Positions 10,323 through 22,913 of a DNA stretch of 64,000 nucleotides are shown piece by piece. The translations under genes were made by a program, and so were the position numbers. Below the pieces are notes generated by a model. That model was not told where the DNA came from and searched no databases. It saw nothing but the letters and a program-made list of their open reading frames with translations. Positions within the stretch are counted from its first letter, which is position 1; the number at the start of each line of letters is the position of its first letter. This stretch comes from an uncultured Planctomycetaceae bacterium (GTDB taxonomy: Bacteria; Planctomycetota; Planctomycetia; Planctomycetales; Planctomycetaceae). Where the stretch lies: positions 128,001-192,000 of the forward strand of contig CAWFAK010000016.1 of the NCBI GenBank assembly GCA_963813715.1. Direction: 5' to 3'.

Positions 10323-11897
10323 TCACACTCCCCGTGCGGCTTCGAGCCGCGGCGCGGCGGCCAGTCCCGAATCTTTCTCCGCGACCGCTTTGTTGAGGGC
10401 TTTGAGGTAGGCCCGCGTGCTGGCTTCGATGATGTCGGTGCTCACGCCTTTGCCGTGGAATTTGCGGCCGCCCGAGATCACCTCGACCGAGACCTCACCC
10501 AGCGCGTCCTTGCCGCTGGAGACGCTGCGGACCTGGTAATCCTCGAGCTTGGTCGTAATACCGAAAATCCGCTCGATCGCGCGGAAGACCGCGTCGATGG
10601 GGCCGTCGCCCGTGGCCGCGTCTCGGAAGGTTTCGCCCCCGTCGCATTGCAGCTCGAGCGTGGCCGTCGGGATGGCGCCGCTGCCCGCCGACGTGTGAAA
10701 GCTGACGAGCGACCACTTCTCATGCGTCGCGGCGAGCCGATTCTCGATCAAGGCGACGAGATCCGAATCGTAGATGTCCTTCTTCTTGTCGGCCAGGGCG
10801 ATGAAGTCCTCGAAGACCGCTTGGAACGTGGCGTCGTCGAGTTCGTGCCCCAAAGACTGCACGCGATCACGGAAGGCGTGGCGGCCGCTGTGCTTGCCCA
10901 GCACGAGATTCGTGCCGATGAAGCCGACCGACTCAGGCCGCATGATCTCGTAGGTCGTCCGCTCCTGCAGCATGCCGTGCTGATGAATGCCCGCCTCGTG
11001 GGCGAACGCGTTCTGGCCGACGATCGCCTTGTTTCGCTGGATCTTCATTCCGGTGATATTCGAGACGAGATGGCTGGTCGGGTACAGCCGGGTGGTCTGG
11101 ATCCCCGTGTCGCAGCCGAAATAGTCGGCCCGCGTTTTGAGCGCCATCACGATTTCCTCGAGGGCCGCGTTGCCGGCCCGTTCGCCCAAGCCGTTGATCG
11201 TGCACTCGACCTGGCGGGCGCCTCCTTCGATCGCGGCCAGGCTATTAGCCACGCCAAGTCCCAAATCGTCGTGACAGTGGGCGCTGAACACAGCCTTGCC
11301 GATGTTGGGCACGTGCTTCTTCAGATACTCGAAGACGTGCCGATAGTGGGCCGGCACGGCATAGCCGACCGTGTCCGGAATGTTGACTGTCGTCGCCCCA
11401 GCCTCGATGGCCTTCTCGACGACTTCGCAGAGGAAATCGAGCTCGGTCCGCGACGCGTCTTCGGGCGAGAACTCCACGTTGGGGCAGTAGTCGACCGCCC
11501 GCTTCACCATCTCGACGGTCTGCCGCACGATCTCTTCCTTGGCCATCTTGAGCTTGAACTCGCGATGGATGGCGCTCGTGGCCAGGAAGACGTGGATCCG
11601 CGGCCGGGCGGCGTCCTTGAGCGCTTCCCAGGCCCGATCGACGTCTTCCCCGAGGCAGCGAGCCAAACCGCAGATCACAGTGCGATCGCCAAACTGGCGG
11701 GCAATTTCCCGCACGGCTTCAAAGTCGCCCGGCGACGCGATGGGGAAGCCGGCTTCGATCACGTCGACCCCCAGCTCCACCAGGGCCCGCGCAACTTCCA
11801 GCTTTTCAGCTGTGTTCATGCTGCAGCCAGGCGATTGCTCGCCATCGCGCAAGGTGGTGTCGAAGATCGTGATCTTTTCTCGATTCTCGGCCGACAT
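10323..11897 (-). CDS. leuA: 2-isopropylmalate synthase
   Basis: [48 protein letters not shown]-terminal regulatory domain. Confidence 0.97.
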   Translation of the reverse strand: MSAENREKITIFDTTLRDGEQSPGCSMNTAEKLEVARALVELGVDVIEAGFPIASPGDFEAVREIARQFGDRTVICGLARCLGEDVDRAWEALKDAARPRIHVFLATSAIHREFKLKMAKEEIVRQTVEMVKRAVDYCPNVEFSPEDASRTELDFLCEVVEKAIEAGATTVNIPDTVGYAVPAHYRHVFEYLKKHVPNIGKAVFSAHCHDDLGLGVANSLAAIEGGARQVECTINGLGERAGNAALEEIVMALKTRADYFGCDTGIQTTRLYPTSHLVSNITGMKIQRNKAIVGQNAFAHEAGIHQHGMLQERTTYEIMRPESVGFIGTNLVLGKHSGRHAFRDRVQSLGHELDDATFQAVFEDFIALADKKKDIYDSDLVALIENRLAATHEKWSLVSFHTSAGSGAIPTATLELQCDGGETFRDAATGDGPIDAVFRAIERIFGITTKLEDYQVRSVSSGKDALGEVSVEVISGGRKFHGKGVSTDIIEASTRAYLKALNKAVAEKDSGLAAAPRLEAARGV

Positions 11898-11958
11898 GGC
11901 TCAAACTCCCATCAGATCGAGTCACCGCAACAACAAGAGTACGAACAAAACAGACAAC

Positions 11959-11991
11959 AAAAAAACCCTGAGACCACAGGTCTCAGGGTTT
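11959..11991 (-). terminator. Attenuator terminator of the leuA leader
   Basis: Minus strand AAACCCUGAGACC-UGU-GGUCUCAGGGUUU running into a U7 tract, about 60 nt upstream of the leuA ATG. Confidence 0.9.
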
Positions 11992-12022
11992 GTATCAGTC
12001 AGGGAACGGCCGCGAACTGAAC

Positions 12023-12088
12023 CTAAGACCTCTCCGCACAGGGCGGAAGGATAAGCAGCAGGTTCAGCAGTAGACGGCGACCGAACAC
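12023..12088 (-). CDS. leuL: leuA leader peptide MFGRRLLLNLLLILPPCAERS
   Basis: GTG..TAG, 21 aa, 7 Leu codons in a 9-codon stretch, AAGG RBS, directly upstream of the terminator. Confidence 0.88.
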   Translation of the reverse strand: MFGRRLLLNLLLILPPCAERS

Positions 12089-12243
12089 GTTTTCAACCTT
12101 TTGTAAAAGGACACTGCGAGTCTAGCCCGGGGCGGTCGGGAGGTCAAGTGGCGTGTTTCGCAGCTGGCGCTGCCGAGGATCCGCTTTCAAAAACGGTTTA
12201 GCTCGTGCGAGTAAAGTGCAAATCTGCCGCGGCGATCGCGCGG

Positions 12244-12854
12244 TTACCGCGTCTGGCGGCCCGCTGCGGCCGGGGCTTGCGACGCCTCGATTGGCACCTC
12301 GCGGATCACGATGCGACCGGCTCTCGTCGCTTGGGGACCGATCGACATCGCGCGGACGAATGTGACGATCCGACGGCTGGCGAAGTACGCGGTTTGTCGC
12401 GTGCGGAATCGCAGCAGACAATATCGCTCTTCGAGCCGAGTCTTCACAAGAGCGGCGCCAGCGGTGACCTGAGTGGCACCGTTCCCCGGATCGATGCCCA
12501 GGATTCCCGCGACGGCCAGTCGTTCGATGGAGACCTCGGTGACGATTCCGTTTGCCGTTCCGTCGAGAGACGGCCGCATTTTTCCCGCCGCTAGCAGCGC
12601 CTGAAGCGTGAGTACGGCCCGGCTCCGGCTAGTTTCACTCTCATCCAGAGTGACGGACGTCGCGGGACTCGCCGTCCGGTTGACGGTCGGAATCGCGACG
12701 TCCCGGCCGAACCGAGTGAGGAAGGCGACGTTGGTCGCACGGCGCGCTCGGCGCGGACGATCGCCAATTGCTCGGCTTGATAGCGTCCGTCCGAGGACCA
12801 AAGGGCCCCGAAGGCGGCCATCGCCGCGATCAGCACGAAGACCCGCAGATTCAT
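12244..12854 (-). CDS. Exported hypothetical protein (probable frameshift ~12742)
   Basis: MNLRVFVLIAAMAAFGALWSSD signal-like start, then plausibly continues in the 12244..12801 frame. Confidence 0.45.
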
Positions 12855-13187
12855 CAAACGCCCGTCCTTGCCTGTCGCCAATCGCCGGTGTCAGTCTTGC
12901 GGAGTTCGCCTGCGTCCGGCACGGGGCGAGGCGCGCAAGCGCTCGCTTCCCGCCGGGATGTCAAAGAATATCAACGCGCGCTGAGTGTCCGTTGCAATCA
13001 ACTGCCACCGCCCCCACGGACTTCCGTCGATCGAGCGTTCAAGAAACGACTCTGCCGATCGGTCGTGTCGTACGTATGGTTACGTGGTTGCGGGTTTGCC
13101 AGGGAATCTTCGAGTGCCCAGACGGCAGACGCCGGCTCGTTCCCGCCGGGCGCTCAGCCCGCAGCCCATCCGTTACAATCGATCGGA

Positions 13188-14508
13188 ATGGACGCAAGGA
13201 CAATCCCAGCCGTCGATCGCCATCCAGCCGCTCGGGCGGCCGATCCGGGCGACGGTCCGTCCGCCGGGCTCCAAGAGCATCACGAACCGCGCGCTGGTCG
13301 TGGCTGCCTTGGCCGACGGAACGTCGCGGCTGACCAGCGCGCTCGACAGCGACGACACTCGAGTGATGATCGAGAGCCTGCGGCGGCTCGGCCTGCGGGT
13401 CTCACACGATCCGGCTTCTCAAGCGATCGAAATTGACGGTTGTGCGGGGCGGCCGCCGGCCGACGCCGCCGAACTCTGGCTGGAAAACAGCGGAACCAGC
13501 ATTCGGTTCCTGACCGCGGCCGCCTGCCTGGGACGAGGCACCCGGCGGCTCGACGGTAATGCGCGGATGCGCCTGCGGCCGATCCGTCCGCTTTGCGATG
13601 CCTTGAACGAGTTAGGCGCGTCCGTCCGTTGCGAGGGAGACCGCGGTTGCCCGCCGGTTTCCGTTCGGGCGAACGGACTGCCAGGCGGGAGGGCGACCGT
13701 CGCGGCCGATCTGTCGAGCCAGTTTTTGAGCGCTCTGCTCCTGTCGGCTCCCTGTGCCGAGAGTGGTGTCGAACTGGCCTTGCAGGGGCCGCTCGTCTCG
13801 GAGCCCTATGTTGCGATGACGGTCCGACTGATGGCAGACTTTGGTGTGCAGGTCGCGATGCGGCCGGGGAGTTACGGTATCGAGCCACAGCGCTATCGCG
13901 GGCGAACGTTCGCCATCGAGCCCGACGCGTCGGCCGCCAGCTATTTCTTTGCCGCTGCCGCCATTACCGGCGGAGACGTGACGGTGCAGGGATTGTCGCG
14001 CGAATCGCTGCAGGGGGATGTGGAGTTTGTGAAGGTGCTCGAACAGATGGGCTGCAGAGTCGAGTGGGACAAGAAAGCGATTCGTGTTCAAGGAGGATCG
14101 CTGCAGGGCGTCGACGTCGACATGAACGCCATCAGCGATACGGCCCAAACGCTGGCGGCGGTGGCAGTCTTCGCCGAGGGTCCGACGCGGATCCGCAATA
14201 TCGCTCACGTCCGCCACAAAGAGACCGACCGAATTCGAGCAGTAGTCACCGAACTCAATCGGCTTGGGATCGACGCCCAAGAGCAGGACGACGGCCTCGC
14301 GATTCAACCGCCGGCGGGCGCATCGCCGCGGATTCGCCCGACCGTTGTCGAGACGTACGATGATCACCGGATGGCGATGAGCTTTGCACTCATCGGACTG
14401 CGAGCCGCGGGGATTCGCATCGCCAACCCGTCCTGCGTCGCCAAAACGTATCCGGCGTTCTTCGATGACCTGGCGGCTGCCTGCCGCGGCGCTGGGGAGG
14501 CTGTGTGA
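13188..14508 (+). CDS. aroA: 3-phosphoshikimate 1-carboxyvinyltransferase (EPSP synthase)
   Basis: [56 protein letters not shown]; the ATG at 13188 is one base out of frame (ATGGACG vs ATGACG). Confidence 0.95.
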
Positions 14509-15953
14509 AGCACGCTCCTCGCAAGCGGCATTTTCGGAGGGAACGGGCGGTTGCCCAGGGGCGGAGCGCGCGCGACGTCTCCTTTGCCGTCTTGAGTGAG
14601 TACAAGAATGGCGGCCGCTTTGTGTCGACTCTGCTTGAGCCGTTTTTCCAAAATGGGGCCTTCGCGTCGGCCGACGAGCGGCGCCTGGCGGTGGAGCTGA
14701 CGAACGGCGTCGTCCGCCGCGAAGCCACGCTTGACGCGATCCTCCGACCGCTCATTCAGCGCCCGCGACACCGGATCGAGGGAGAGTTGTGGACACTGTT
14801 GCAGCTCGGCGCCTACCAGCTCGTATTCCTTGACTCGGTTCCCGCCTACGCGGCTGTCAACGAGACTGTGGCCCTGGCCAAAGCAATCGGCCGCGAACGC
14901 TGGTCGGGATTTCTGAACGGCGTGCTGCGCAGCGTCGAGCGCATGCTCACCGACGAACTGCAAACGGCACCAGGTCCGTCGGCGGTGCCCCTCTCGGAGG
15001 GGCGCTTTCGGTGCTTGTCCAACGCTTTCTTTCCCGAACCGTCGGTTGATCCCGCCGAATACTTTGCCGAGGCGTTCAGCTTTCCACGCTGGCTTGCCGG
15101 CCGCTGGCTCGAGCGGTTTGACTTCGAGGAGTTGTGCCGCATCGGGTTTTGGTTCAATCATCCGGCTGCGCTGACGCTGCGTGTGAATTCACTGAAGACG
15201 AATCGTGACAGACTACTGAAGGCACTGGCCGAGGGCGGAGTCGTTGCGAGCGAGGGAGCGCTGCCCGCCGCGATTCGTTTGGAAGGATCGGCTCGCGTCG
15301 ACACTTTGCCCGGATTCGCCGAAGGTCTGTTTTCCGTGCAGGACGAGTCGGCCATGCAGGCAGTCGAGCGATTGGCTCCCAAGGCGGGTGAAACGGTTCT
15401 CGACCTGTGTGCCGCTCCGGGAACGAAGACGACCCATATCGCCGAGCGAATGGACAATCGGGGCACGATTGTTGCCACGGACATCCGGGCGGATCGCCTG
15501 GCGCGCGTAACCGAGAATTGCATACGCCTGGGAATCTCGATCGTCCAGCCGCTGCTCGTCGGCGAGCATCAACAGGCCTCGCCCGACGCGACGACCGCTC
15601 TCGGTCCGGCCGCTGGTCCCTTCGACGCAATTCTGGCGGACGTCCCCTGCTCGAACACGGGCGTGTTGGGCAAACGCCCGGAGGCCCGCTGGCGGATCAA
15701 GCCCGCCGAGATCGACGAGTTGGCGGCTCAGCAGCTGGAGCTGCTGCAGTCCGCGTGCCGTCGGCTGCGTCCCGGCGGGCGGATCCTTTACTCGACTTGC
15801 AGCATCGAACCCCAGGAGAACGCACAAGTCGTCCGTGCCGTGCTGGACCGCGAGCGGACACTGTCGCTCGCGGAAGAATGGCAACAGGTCCCCGGCCGCC
15901 CGAGCGACGGTGGGTACCAGGCTCTGTTGGTCCGCAGCTCCGAGGTGACGTAA
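14505..15953 (+). CDS. rsmB: 16S rRNA m5C967 methyltransferase
   Basis: NusB-like N-terminus ([15 protein letters not shown]), [28 protein letters not shown]. Confidence 0.93.
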   Translation: MKHAPRKRHFRRERAVAQGRSARDVSFAVLSEYKNGGRFVSTLLEPFFQNGAFASADERRLAVELTNGVVRREATLDAILRPLIQRPRHRIEGELWTLLQLGAYQLVFLDSVPAYAAVNETVALAKAIGRERWSGFLNGVLRSVERMLTDELQTAPGPSAVPLSEGRFRCLSNAFFPEPSVDPAEYFAEAFSFPRWLAGRWLERFDFEELCRIGFWFNHPAALTLRVNSLKTNRDRLLKALAEGGVVASEGALPAAIRLEGSARVDTLPGFAEGLFSVQDESAMQAVERLAPKAGETVLDLCAAPGTKTTHIAERMDNRGTIVATDIRADRLARVTENCIRLGISIVQPLLVGEHQQASPDATTALGPAAGPFDAILADVPCSNTGVLGKRPEARWRIKPAEIDELAAQQLELLQSACRRLRPGGRILYSTCSIEPQENAQVVRAVLDRERTLSLAEEWQQVPGRPSDGGYQALLVRSSEVT

Positions 15954-16082
15954 GACTGCGGACGTCGGGCGAATTGAGTTGAGCGTCCCCGTCTCGGCCC
16001 GTTAGACTGGCGATTGACAGACGTCCAACCCGCCGAAGCACCGCCCACTCTCACGCCTTGTCGCCTTCGAGGACTTCGCACG

Positions 16083-16982
16083 ATGAAATGCCTTTCCGTC
16101 GCCCTGTTCCTGGTGATTCTCTCGGCCTCGGCAGTCCAAAGCGCGGACAAGAAACCCAAGCCGGCCCCCGCGAAACCCGAACCGACCAAACCCGCACCCG
16201 CTCCGGAGAAAAAGGCCCCGGCTCCGCTCTTTGCCGACAAGGCCGTCGAGGCGGCGGTGCGGGAAGATCTGAAAAAGGGTGAGAAAGAGGACCTGAAAGA
16301 GGAGGATTTGTCGAACCTCTATTTCCTTCACGGGGCCAATCGGAAGATCAAGAGTCTGGCCGGACTCGAAAAGTGTGTGAACGTGGAGTCGCTGGAGCTG
16401 GCCGGCAACGAAATCGTCGATCTCAAGCCGCTCTCGCCGCTGGTCAACGTACAAACGCTCGACCTCGCGCGGAATCAGATCAGCGATGTCGCACCGCTCG
16501 CCCCGCTGGTGAAGCTGCAATACCTCAAGCTCGACTCGAACAAGATCGAGAGCCTGCAGCCGCTCAAGGACTTGAAGAAGCTGACAACGCTCGATCTCTC
16601 CAAGAACAAGGTGCGGTCGCTGGAAACCGTCGCTGGACTCGAAAAACTGGTTTCGCTGTACCTCGAGGGGGACCAGGTGAGCGATCTATCGCCCCTCAAG
16701 GGACTAAAGTGGATCGAGGAGCTTGATCTCCGCGGCAACCAGGTAAGCGACCTGTCTCCCCTCTCGGGAATGACCGAGCTCCGCCACACCATGCTCGAAG
16801 GCAACAAAGTCACCGATCTCGCGGTGCTGGTGGCGATGGCCAAGAAGGACGCCGAGGGAGATCGGCGGTTTGCCCCTTATTGGTTTCTCTACTTGAAGGG
16901 AAACCCGCTGACCGAGACGGCCGCCAAGCAACAAGTGGCCGAGCTCAAGTCGTATAACGTGCGGGTCGACCTGGAAAAGTGA
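16083..16982 (+). CDS. Secreted internalin-like leucine-rich repeat protein
   Basis: Signal peptide; ~8 22-aa repeats LxLxxNxIxDLxPL. Confidence 0.9.
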   Translation: MKCLSVALFLVILSASAVQSADKKPKPAPAKPEPTKPAPAPEKKAPAPLFADKAVEAAVREDLKKGEKEDLKEEDLSNLYFLHGANRKIKSLAGLEKCVNVESLELAGNEIVDLKPLSPLVNVQTLDLARNQISDVAPLAPLVKLQYLKLDSNKIESLQPLKDLKKLTTLDLSKNKVRSLETVAGLEKLVSLYLEGDQVSDLSPLKGLKWIEELDLRGNQVSDLSPLSGMTELRHTMLEGNKVTDLAVLVAMAKKDAEGDRRFAPYWFLYLKGNPLTETAAKQQVAELKSYNVRVDLEK

Positions 16983-17008
16983 CGGTTGTCAGCGGCCGTG
17001 CGGTGGCG

Positions 17009-18959
17009 TCAGACGATGGCCGGCGCGCTCGACTGCACGTCGGCCAGGAACAGCCGATATTGCGACAGCAGATCGTCGGCGCGGTTCTTCTCGAGCAGAC
17101 CCAACGTCGTCAGCGTCCGCGCCAGCAGATTGGGCGGCTCGGCCTGAATGGCCAGCAGTACGGCCAGCTGATCCTCGCTGATGAGACCGCAGGCGACCGC
17201 GCACGTGCCGAACCGTTCCCCCGTTGAGCGCTGCTTGTTCCGCACCTCTTCGATCTGGTGCGTCGTAAGCAGGCCCAAGAGCTGAGCCAGCGATCCGATC
17301 CGCAGCCGCTCCGACGACGTTTCGAGCAGGGCTCGTGAGATTGTCGGAATATCGAAGATGCCGTTTTGGACCAGCCAACGGCTGAACCGCTTCTGCGCGA
17401 TCAGCTGAGCCAACTGGCGATCCTTGCCGTCGATCAGCGAGCGGACGTGATATTGGTTGCGGCCGCCGTTCTTGGATTCGTACATCGCCTCGTCGGCCGC
17501 CGCCACCAGCCGCAGCGCGAGGTCACCCGGTTCGCGTTCGGGCAACGCGACGGCCGCTCCGATGCTGATGGTGACGGGGACCCGCTTGCCCTCGAAGAAA
17601 AACTCGTGCCCCTCGACGGCTTCGCGGAGCCGGCCCGCCAGCTTTTCCAGTCCTTTTTCACTCGGCTGATGGACCAGCACGACAAATTCTTCGCCCCCGT
17701 AGCGGGCGACGACGTCCGAGCGGCGGAGAGCTTCGGTATGGATGCGGGAGACGGCGCACAGCACCTGATCGCCGAACTGGTGGCCGTAGGTGTCGTTGAT
17801 CCGCTTGAAGTGGTCGATGTCGCTGAACAGGACGGCCAGCAGCCCGGCTGACCGGCTGGCCCCGCCGATCGCCGCGTTCAGCGCCTCGGCAAAGAATGCG
17901 CGATTGTAAAGATTTGTGAGGGCGTCGCGGGTCGCCCGCTCCTGCAGTTCCTGGTTCTTGGTGGCGAGTTGCTGCTTTTCGTGCTCGACGGCTTCCCGCT
18001 GCATTTCCACGCGAGTGCTGGCCATGTGCTCGCGGACGGCGACCTGGGCCAATTGCTCGCTGGCGTCGGCCATCAGATCGACGGAAGTGCCCAGCCCTTC
18101 GAAGCTCACGGAAAACAGGTGACCCGCGCGGTCGATCCGTTCGCGCGTCTTGGCCAGGTATTCCTCGACGGCCCTGCGATCCATTTGAAAGAAGGTCGAC
18201 GCGAACTGTTCCATCCGCAAAAGAGCGTTTCCTCTGTCCGGCGTGCAGAAGTAATCGCCGACGGTCGCCGCCGTGGCAATCACTCGATCGCCGGTAGTGT
18301 CGTCAACGCCCAGCTCGGCCAGCACGCGTTCGGCCGACAGGTGGTGCCGCAAGACCGCGTCGATCAGCTTTGTCGGCAGTCTCCACTGCTGCATCAACGC
18401 CGCGCCGATGGAGACGTGATCGATTCCCAAACGGCCGCGTTCGAGTTCCGGCAGCGAACCTCCTTGCGATTCCCAATCGACGAGGACCGGCAAGTAGTCC
18501 TGCGACGCTGTTCTTGAGGATGGCGAGCCGTCCCAGGTCCAAGAGCAGCCCGGTGAGAAAACAGTCGCTGGAGAGGGTCTTCGCGTAATGCTCGGCCAGC
18601 ACCTCGGCGGCCACCGCCTGCACGATCGACTGCTTCCAGTACGCAGTGTAGTGCTGCGCCAGCGGGCCGGACGCCATGGCCGCATCGACGAGCGAAAAGC
18701 TCAGGGCCAGCGTCGTCACCACCGTGGTACCGAGCAACGGCACCGCCCGCTCGATCGAGGTCACGGGCGACTTGAATCCAAAGAACGAGGAGTTGGCCGC
18801 CTTGAGGATCTTGGTGGCAATCGCCGGGTCGGCCTTCACCACGTCGATCACGTCGTTGAATTCCGTTTCGGGATCGCGGGCCAGGTCCAGTAGCTTCATC
18901 GCGACGGAGGGCAGCGTCGGCAGTTGCGATGAAGCCAGAATCTTTTTCGGATCGATCAT
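17009..18959 (-). CDS. HDOD-GGDEF diguanylate cyclase with C-terminal MshEN-like motifs (frameshift ~18512)
   Basis: [22 protein letters not shown] (HDOD); [32 protein letters not shown]. Confidence 0.88.
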
Positions 18960-19274
18960 CGAGGTGCTCGGTCGAGGGATGGGGCCTCGAAGTCGCGGTC
19001 ACCGAGTGGAAACAATGTCCCACTCGGGCTGCGACATGCACGAGTGAATATATCCCACGAACCGGGGCTGGCCGGTTATGTTTCAGACTGCTCTCTACGG
19101 AGCCAGGCCGCGCCGGCCCAACGTGCGATTCGCGCCGACTGTAAGGGATAAAAACTATACGACGGGATTTGGAAACTAACGAAAAGACGGGACATGCCGA
19201 GGGACGTATCAGTAGGACTACTGAGTGGCGAGGAGGCTGTCCGCGCCGGAGAGCACCGGTTTCTGTTCTAACCG

Positions 19275-19992
19275 CTACGAATCCGGGTCCGCGACTTTTT
19301 TCATCGAGACCGCGAGTTCCATTTCGAGTTGCAACAGCCGCTGCCAGTCGGGCCAGCTCACGCGCATCACGGGGTTGTTGCCCGGCTCTTCGATGGCGCC
19401 GTGAAGGATGCGGCGGATCTGCTCGTGGCAGTATCCCAGCACGTCGGAAACCTGCGCCTCGTTGCAGCGGACGCAAACCGCGCGGCGGCTCCGGCGGACC
19501 ATTGGGGAACAGGTCGATCGACAGATCGTCGGGTTCGCGCTCGCCTGGGCCATGCTGACCGGCCCCGCCATAGGAGGTGCCGTCGTCGTAGGGATCGGGA
19601 CCGAATTGAGTTCCGTTGGATTGGGGCGCCGCTTCGGCCGTGCTCTCCGAGGGCCCGCGTCCTTCGGCCAAGAGCTGCGCGAGGCGGCTGCGGATCTCTT
19701 CGGGGCTGCCGTACACAAGCAGGCAACGGCCGATCGCAATCTGATCGCCGATCTGCAGCACGCGCATCTGGATCGGATGACCATTAATCCGCGTACCGTT
19801 GGTGCTCTCGAGATCCGTCAGGATCAGCTTGCCGCCATCTTCCTGAATCTTCGCGTGAAAACGGCTGACGCGTTCGTCATTCAGGCGGACGCTGTTTTCG
19901 TCCTCGCGGCCGAGCGTGACGGGAGTGTTCAGCTTTCGAAAGATCAGGCCGCGTTCGAGCCCTTCGAGCAACTGTAAAGTGACCTGCGCCAT
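19275..19992 (-). CDS. FHA-domain protein (frameshift ~19461)
   Basis: TLGRE..VSRFHA..DLESTNGTRING; C-terminus AQVSDVLGYCHEQIR..WQRLLQLEMELA in the adjacent frame. Confidence 0.85.
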
Positions 19993-20381
19993 GCCAGGAA
20001 TTATCCACGCGGTCCAAAAGCTTCGGCGCGGGCGCGCACGAGCCTCGACGACTGCCCGCTTTTCTTTTTAACGCCGTTGATTCATCTGCGTCAACACTCT
20101 GTTGTAGCCGGGCCGCCGCATGGATGCGAGTACAGCGAACAGGCGATTACAGCCGCAAATGGGGCAGTTCCGCCGCATGGCCCATCCGCTTCAGTTACGG
20201 CGCGCAATCGAAAACGCCTCCCACGGGGACGTTCGGCTGCGGTGCGCATCCAGTGAAACTTGCCGCCCGCTTCACCGCAATCGGGACCACATGTCGATTC
20301 CTGAGCCCGATCGGAGCTGACTGCCGCGAAATCGCATGAAGTGGCAACCACCCACTCTCCGCGCTTAGAATCACGCCAGCT

Positions 20382-22882
20382 ATGGCGACAGAAGCCCCTT
20401 CGCGCGACGAGCTGGCCGCAAAATACCTCGATCAGCTTCCCTACACTCCCTATCCGGTGCAGGAAGAGGCGCTGCTCACGTGGTTTACCAGCGACGAAGG
20501 GTTGATGGTCTGCGCCCGACCGGCACCGGCAAGACCGTAATTGCGGAGGCCGCCCTCTTCGAGGCGCTGCATACTGGTAGAACTGCTTATTACACCACGC
20601 CGCTGATCGCGCTCACAGAGCAGAAGTTTCGCGAGATGCAGGCGTCCGCCGTCCGCTGGGGATTCTCGGCCGACGACGTCGGGCTGGTCACCGGCAACCG
20701 CACCGTCAACCCGCAGGCTCGTATTCTGGTCGTCGTTGCCGAGATCCTGCTGAATCGCTTGCTGCATCCGACGGCCTTCGACTTCAGCATCGTGTCGACT
20801 GTGGTGATGGACGAGTTCCACAGCTTTGCCGATCCGGAGCGCGGCGTCGTCTGGGAACTGTCGCTGGCCATGCTGCCGCCGCACGTTCGCGTGCTGCTCC
20901 TCTCTGCCACTGTGGGCAACGCGGTGGAGTTTATCGTGTGGCTCAATCGCAGCCTGGATCGCAAGGTGCAGCTAGTGCAAAGCACCGAGCGCAAGGTGCC
21001 GTTGACCTACGTGTGGGTGCCGGACGAGCTGCTCAACGAACAACTCGAGATGATGGCCGCGGGCGAGGAAGCCGATCGGCGAATCCCCGCGCTGGTCTTC
21101 TGTTTTAATCGCGACGAGTGCTGGTCGGTGGCCGAACAGCTCAAGGGAAAAAGCCTGCTGAGCGACGGCCAGCAAAAAAAGCTCGTCGATGAGTTGGCCA
21201 AGCACGATTGGTCGAAGGGGGCCGGCCCGAAGCTCAAACAGGTCCTGCAGCGCGGCGTCGGCATCCATCACGCGGGCATCCTGCCGAAATACCGCCGCAT
21301 TGTCGAAGAGCTGTTCCAGCGCAAGCTGCTCTCCGTTTGCGTCTGCACAGAAACTCTGGCCGCCGGTATCAACCTGCCGGCCCGCTCGGTGGTGCTCACC
21401 ACGTTGGTCAAGGGGCCGCCCGGCAAGAAAGATCTGATCGACCCGAGCAGCGCACATCAGATGTTCGGCCGCGCCGGCCGCCCGCAGTTCGACACGCAAG
21501 GATTTGTTTACGCACTGGCCCACGAGGACGACGTCAAGATTCTCCGCTTCAAGGAGCGGATCAATCAGATTCCCGAAAACACCAAGGATCCGCTCCTGAT
21601 CCGCGGCCGCAAAAAGCTCGAAAAGCAAATGCCCACGCGGAGCAAGACCGAAAAATATTGGGAGGCCGTCCACTTCGAGAAGATGCGGACCGCTCCGCCC
21701 GGCAAGCTCTACAGTAAAGGGCAACTTCCCTGGCGGCTGTTGGCGTACCTGTTGGAGATTTCGCCCGATGTTGAACGGCTGAGGTCCGTCGTACGCAAGC
21801 GATTGATGGACGCTCCGCGGATCGAGGCTGGACAAAAACAGCTCTTGCGGATGTTGATGTCGCTGTGGGGCGGCGGCTATGTCCGACTCGAGCCGGAACC
21901 GCCGCCTCCCGAAGAGCCCGCGGCGGCCGGCGGCTCTGCTCCGGCAAGTGGCACGGCAAAGGCTGCCCCCGCGCCGCCCGTGATGGGATCGTTCGGATCG
22001 CTCCTGTCGGCTGCCCGCGAAGGTGATCGTCCGGCGCCGGGCGAAAAGGGCAGCGCCCTGACCGGCCCGCGAATCATTGGATTGGCCGGTCCCGCTGAGG
22101 TTGTGCGTGAAGTCTATCAACCGAAGTTCGCTCATCCGACGCCCGAGCTGGCAAACTTGCTCGTCTTTCGCAGCATCAATCCGCTCTATGGAGCCTTCTT
22201 GCTCAAGTACCTGGGCATCGCCGACCGGGACGAACGGGTGCAGGCGCTGGAAAGCATGCTCGAAGTGCCGACGTCGATTCTGCGGGATGTCCGCGTGCCG
22301 CAGCTGCGCGACCTGCCCCCCGGCCCGCTGGCCCGCGAACGGCTCGATGCGCTCCTGATCGAGCGGGGCCTCGTGACGGCCGAGCAGCTCCGCGACAAAT
22401 CCGAAGACGATGGCCTCAACTGGGAGGAGCGCTGGACCCCGTCGCTGGCCGAAAAGTTGCGGCTCCTGTTCGACTCGGAGTTCCCCGGCGTGCACGACCT
22501 GGTGACGCGGCCCGTCTGGATCGCCGGCGAAGCCCTCCGCTACGGCGGCGACTTCAACAAACTGATCACGTCGAAAGGCATCGTGCGGCAGGAGGGGGTC
22601 ATCTTCCGCCACCTGTTGCGATTCATTCTCCTCTGCGGCGAATTCTCTCAGGCGACTCCGGCCGGCATCGATCCCGAGGTCTGGCGAAAGGACCTCCGCG
22701 AACTCGCGGAGTCCATCACCAACTGCTGCCGCTCGATCGACCCGGAAAGCACCGACAAGGCAATCGAAGCCGCCCAGCACGCCCCCGACCTGGTTCGCGG
22801 CGAAGAACCGACCGCGGCCCACACGCTCCCGTCCGCGGACGATAAGGACGCGCAGGAATTTGGGATTGGGCTCGCGGAGTAA
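20382..22882 (+). CDS. Ski2/HelY-like DEAD/DEAH-box helicase (frameshift ~20516)
   Basis: PYPVQEEA..(A)[52 protein letters not shown]. Confidence 0.9.
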
Positions 22883-22913
22883 CCTCTTGGTCGAGACAAC
22901 CCAACACTCACTT

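Noticed and set aside
10026..12020. Long antisense ORFs (also 20972..22969, 42831..44288, 45780..47330, 56005..57762)
   Set aside because: Typical high-GC shadow frames opposite leuA, the helicase, dnaE, purF and clpX.
18394..19992. 532-aa FHA fusion in the ORF track
   Set aside because: Readthrough caused by the frameshift near 19461; the real gene ends at 19275.
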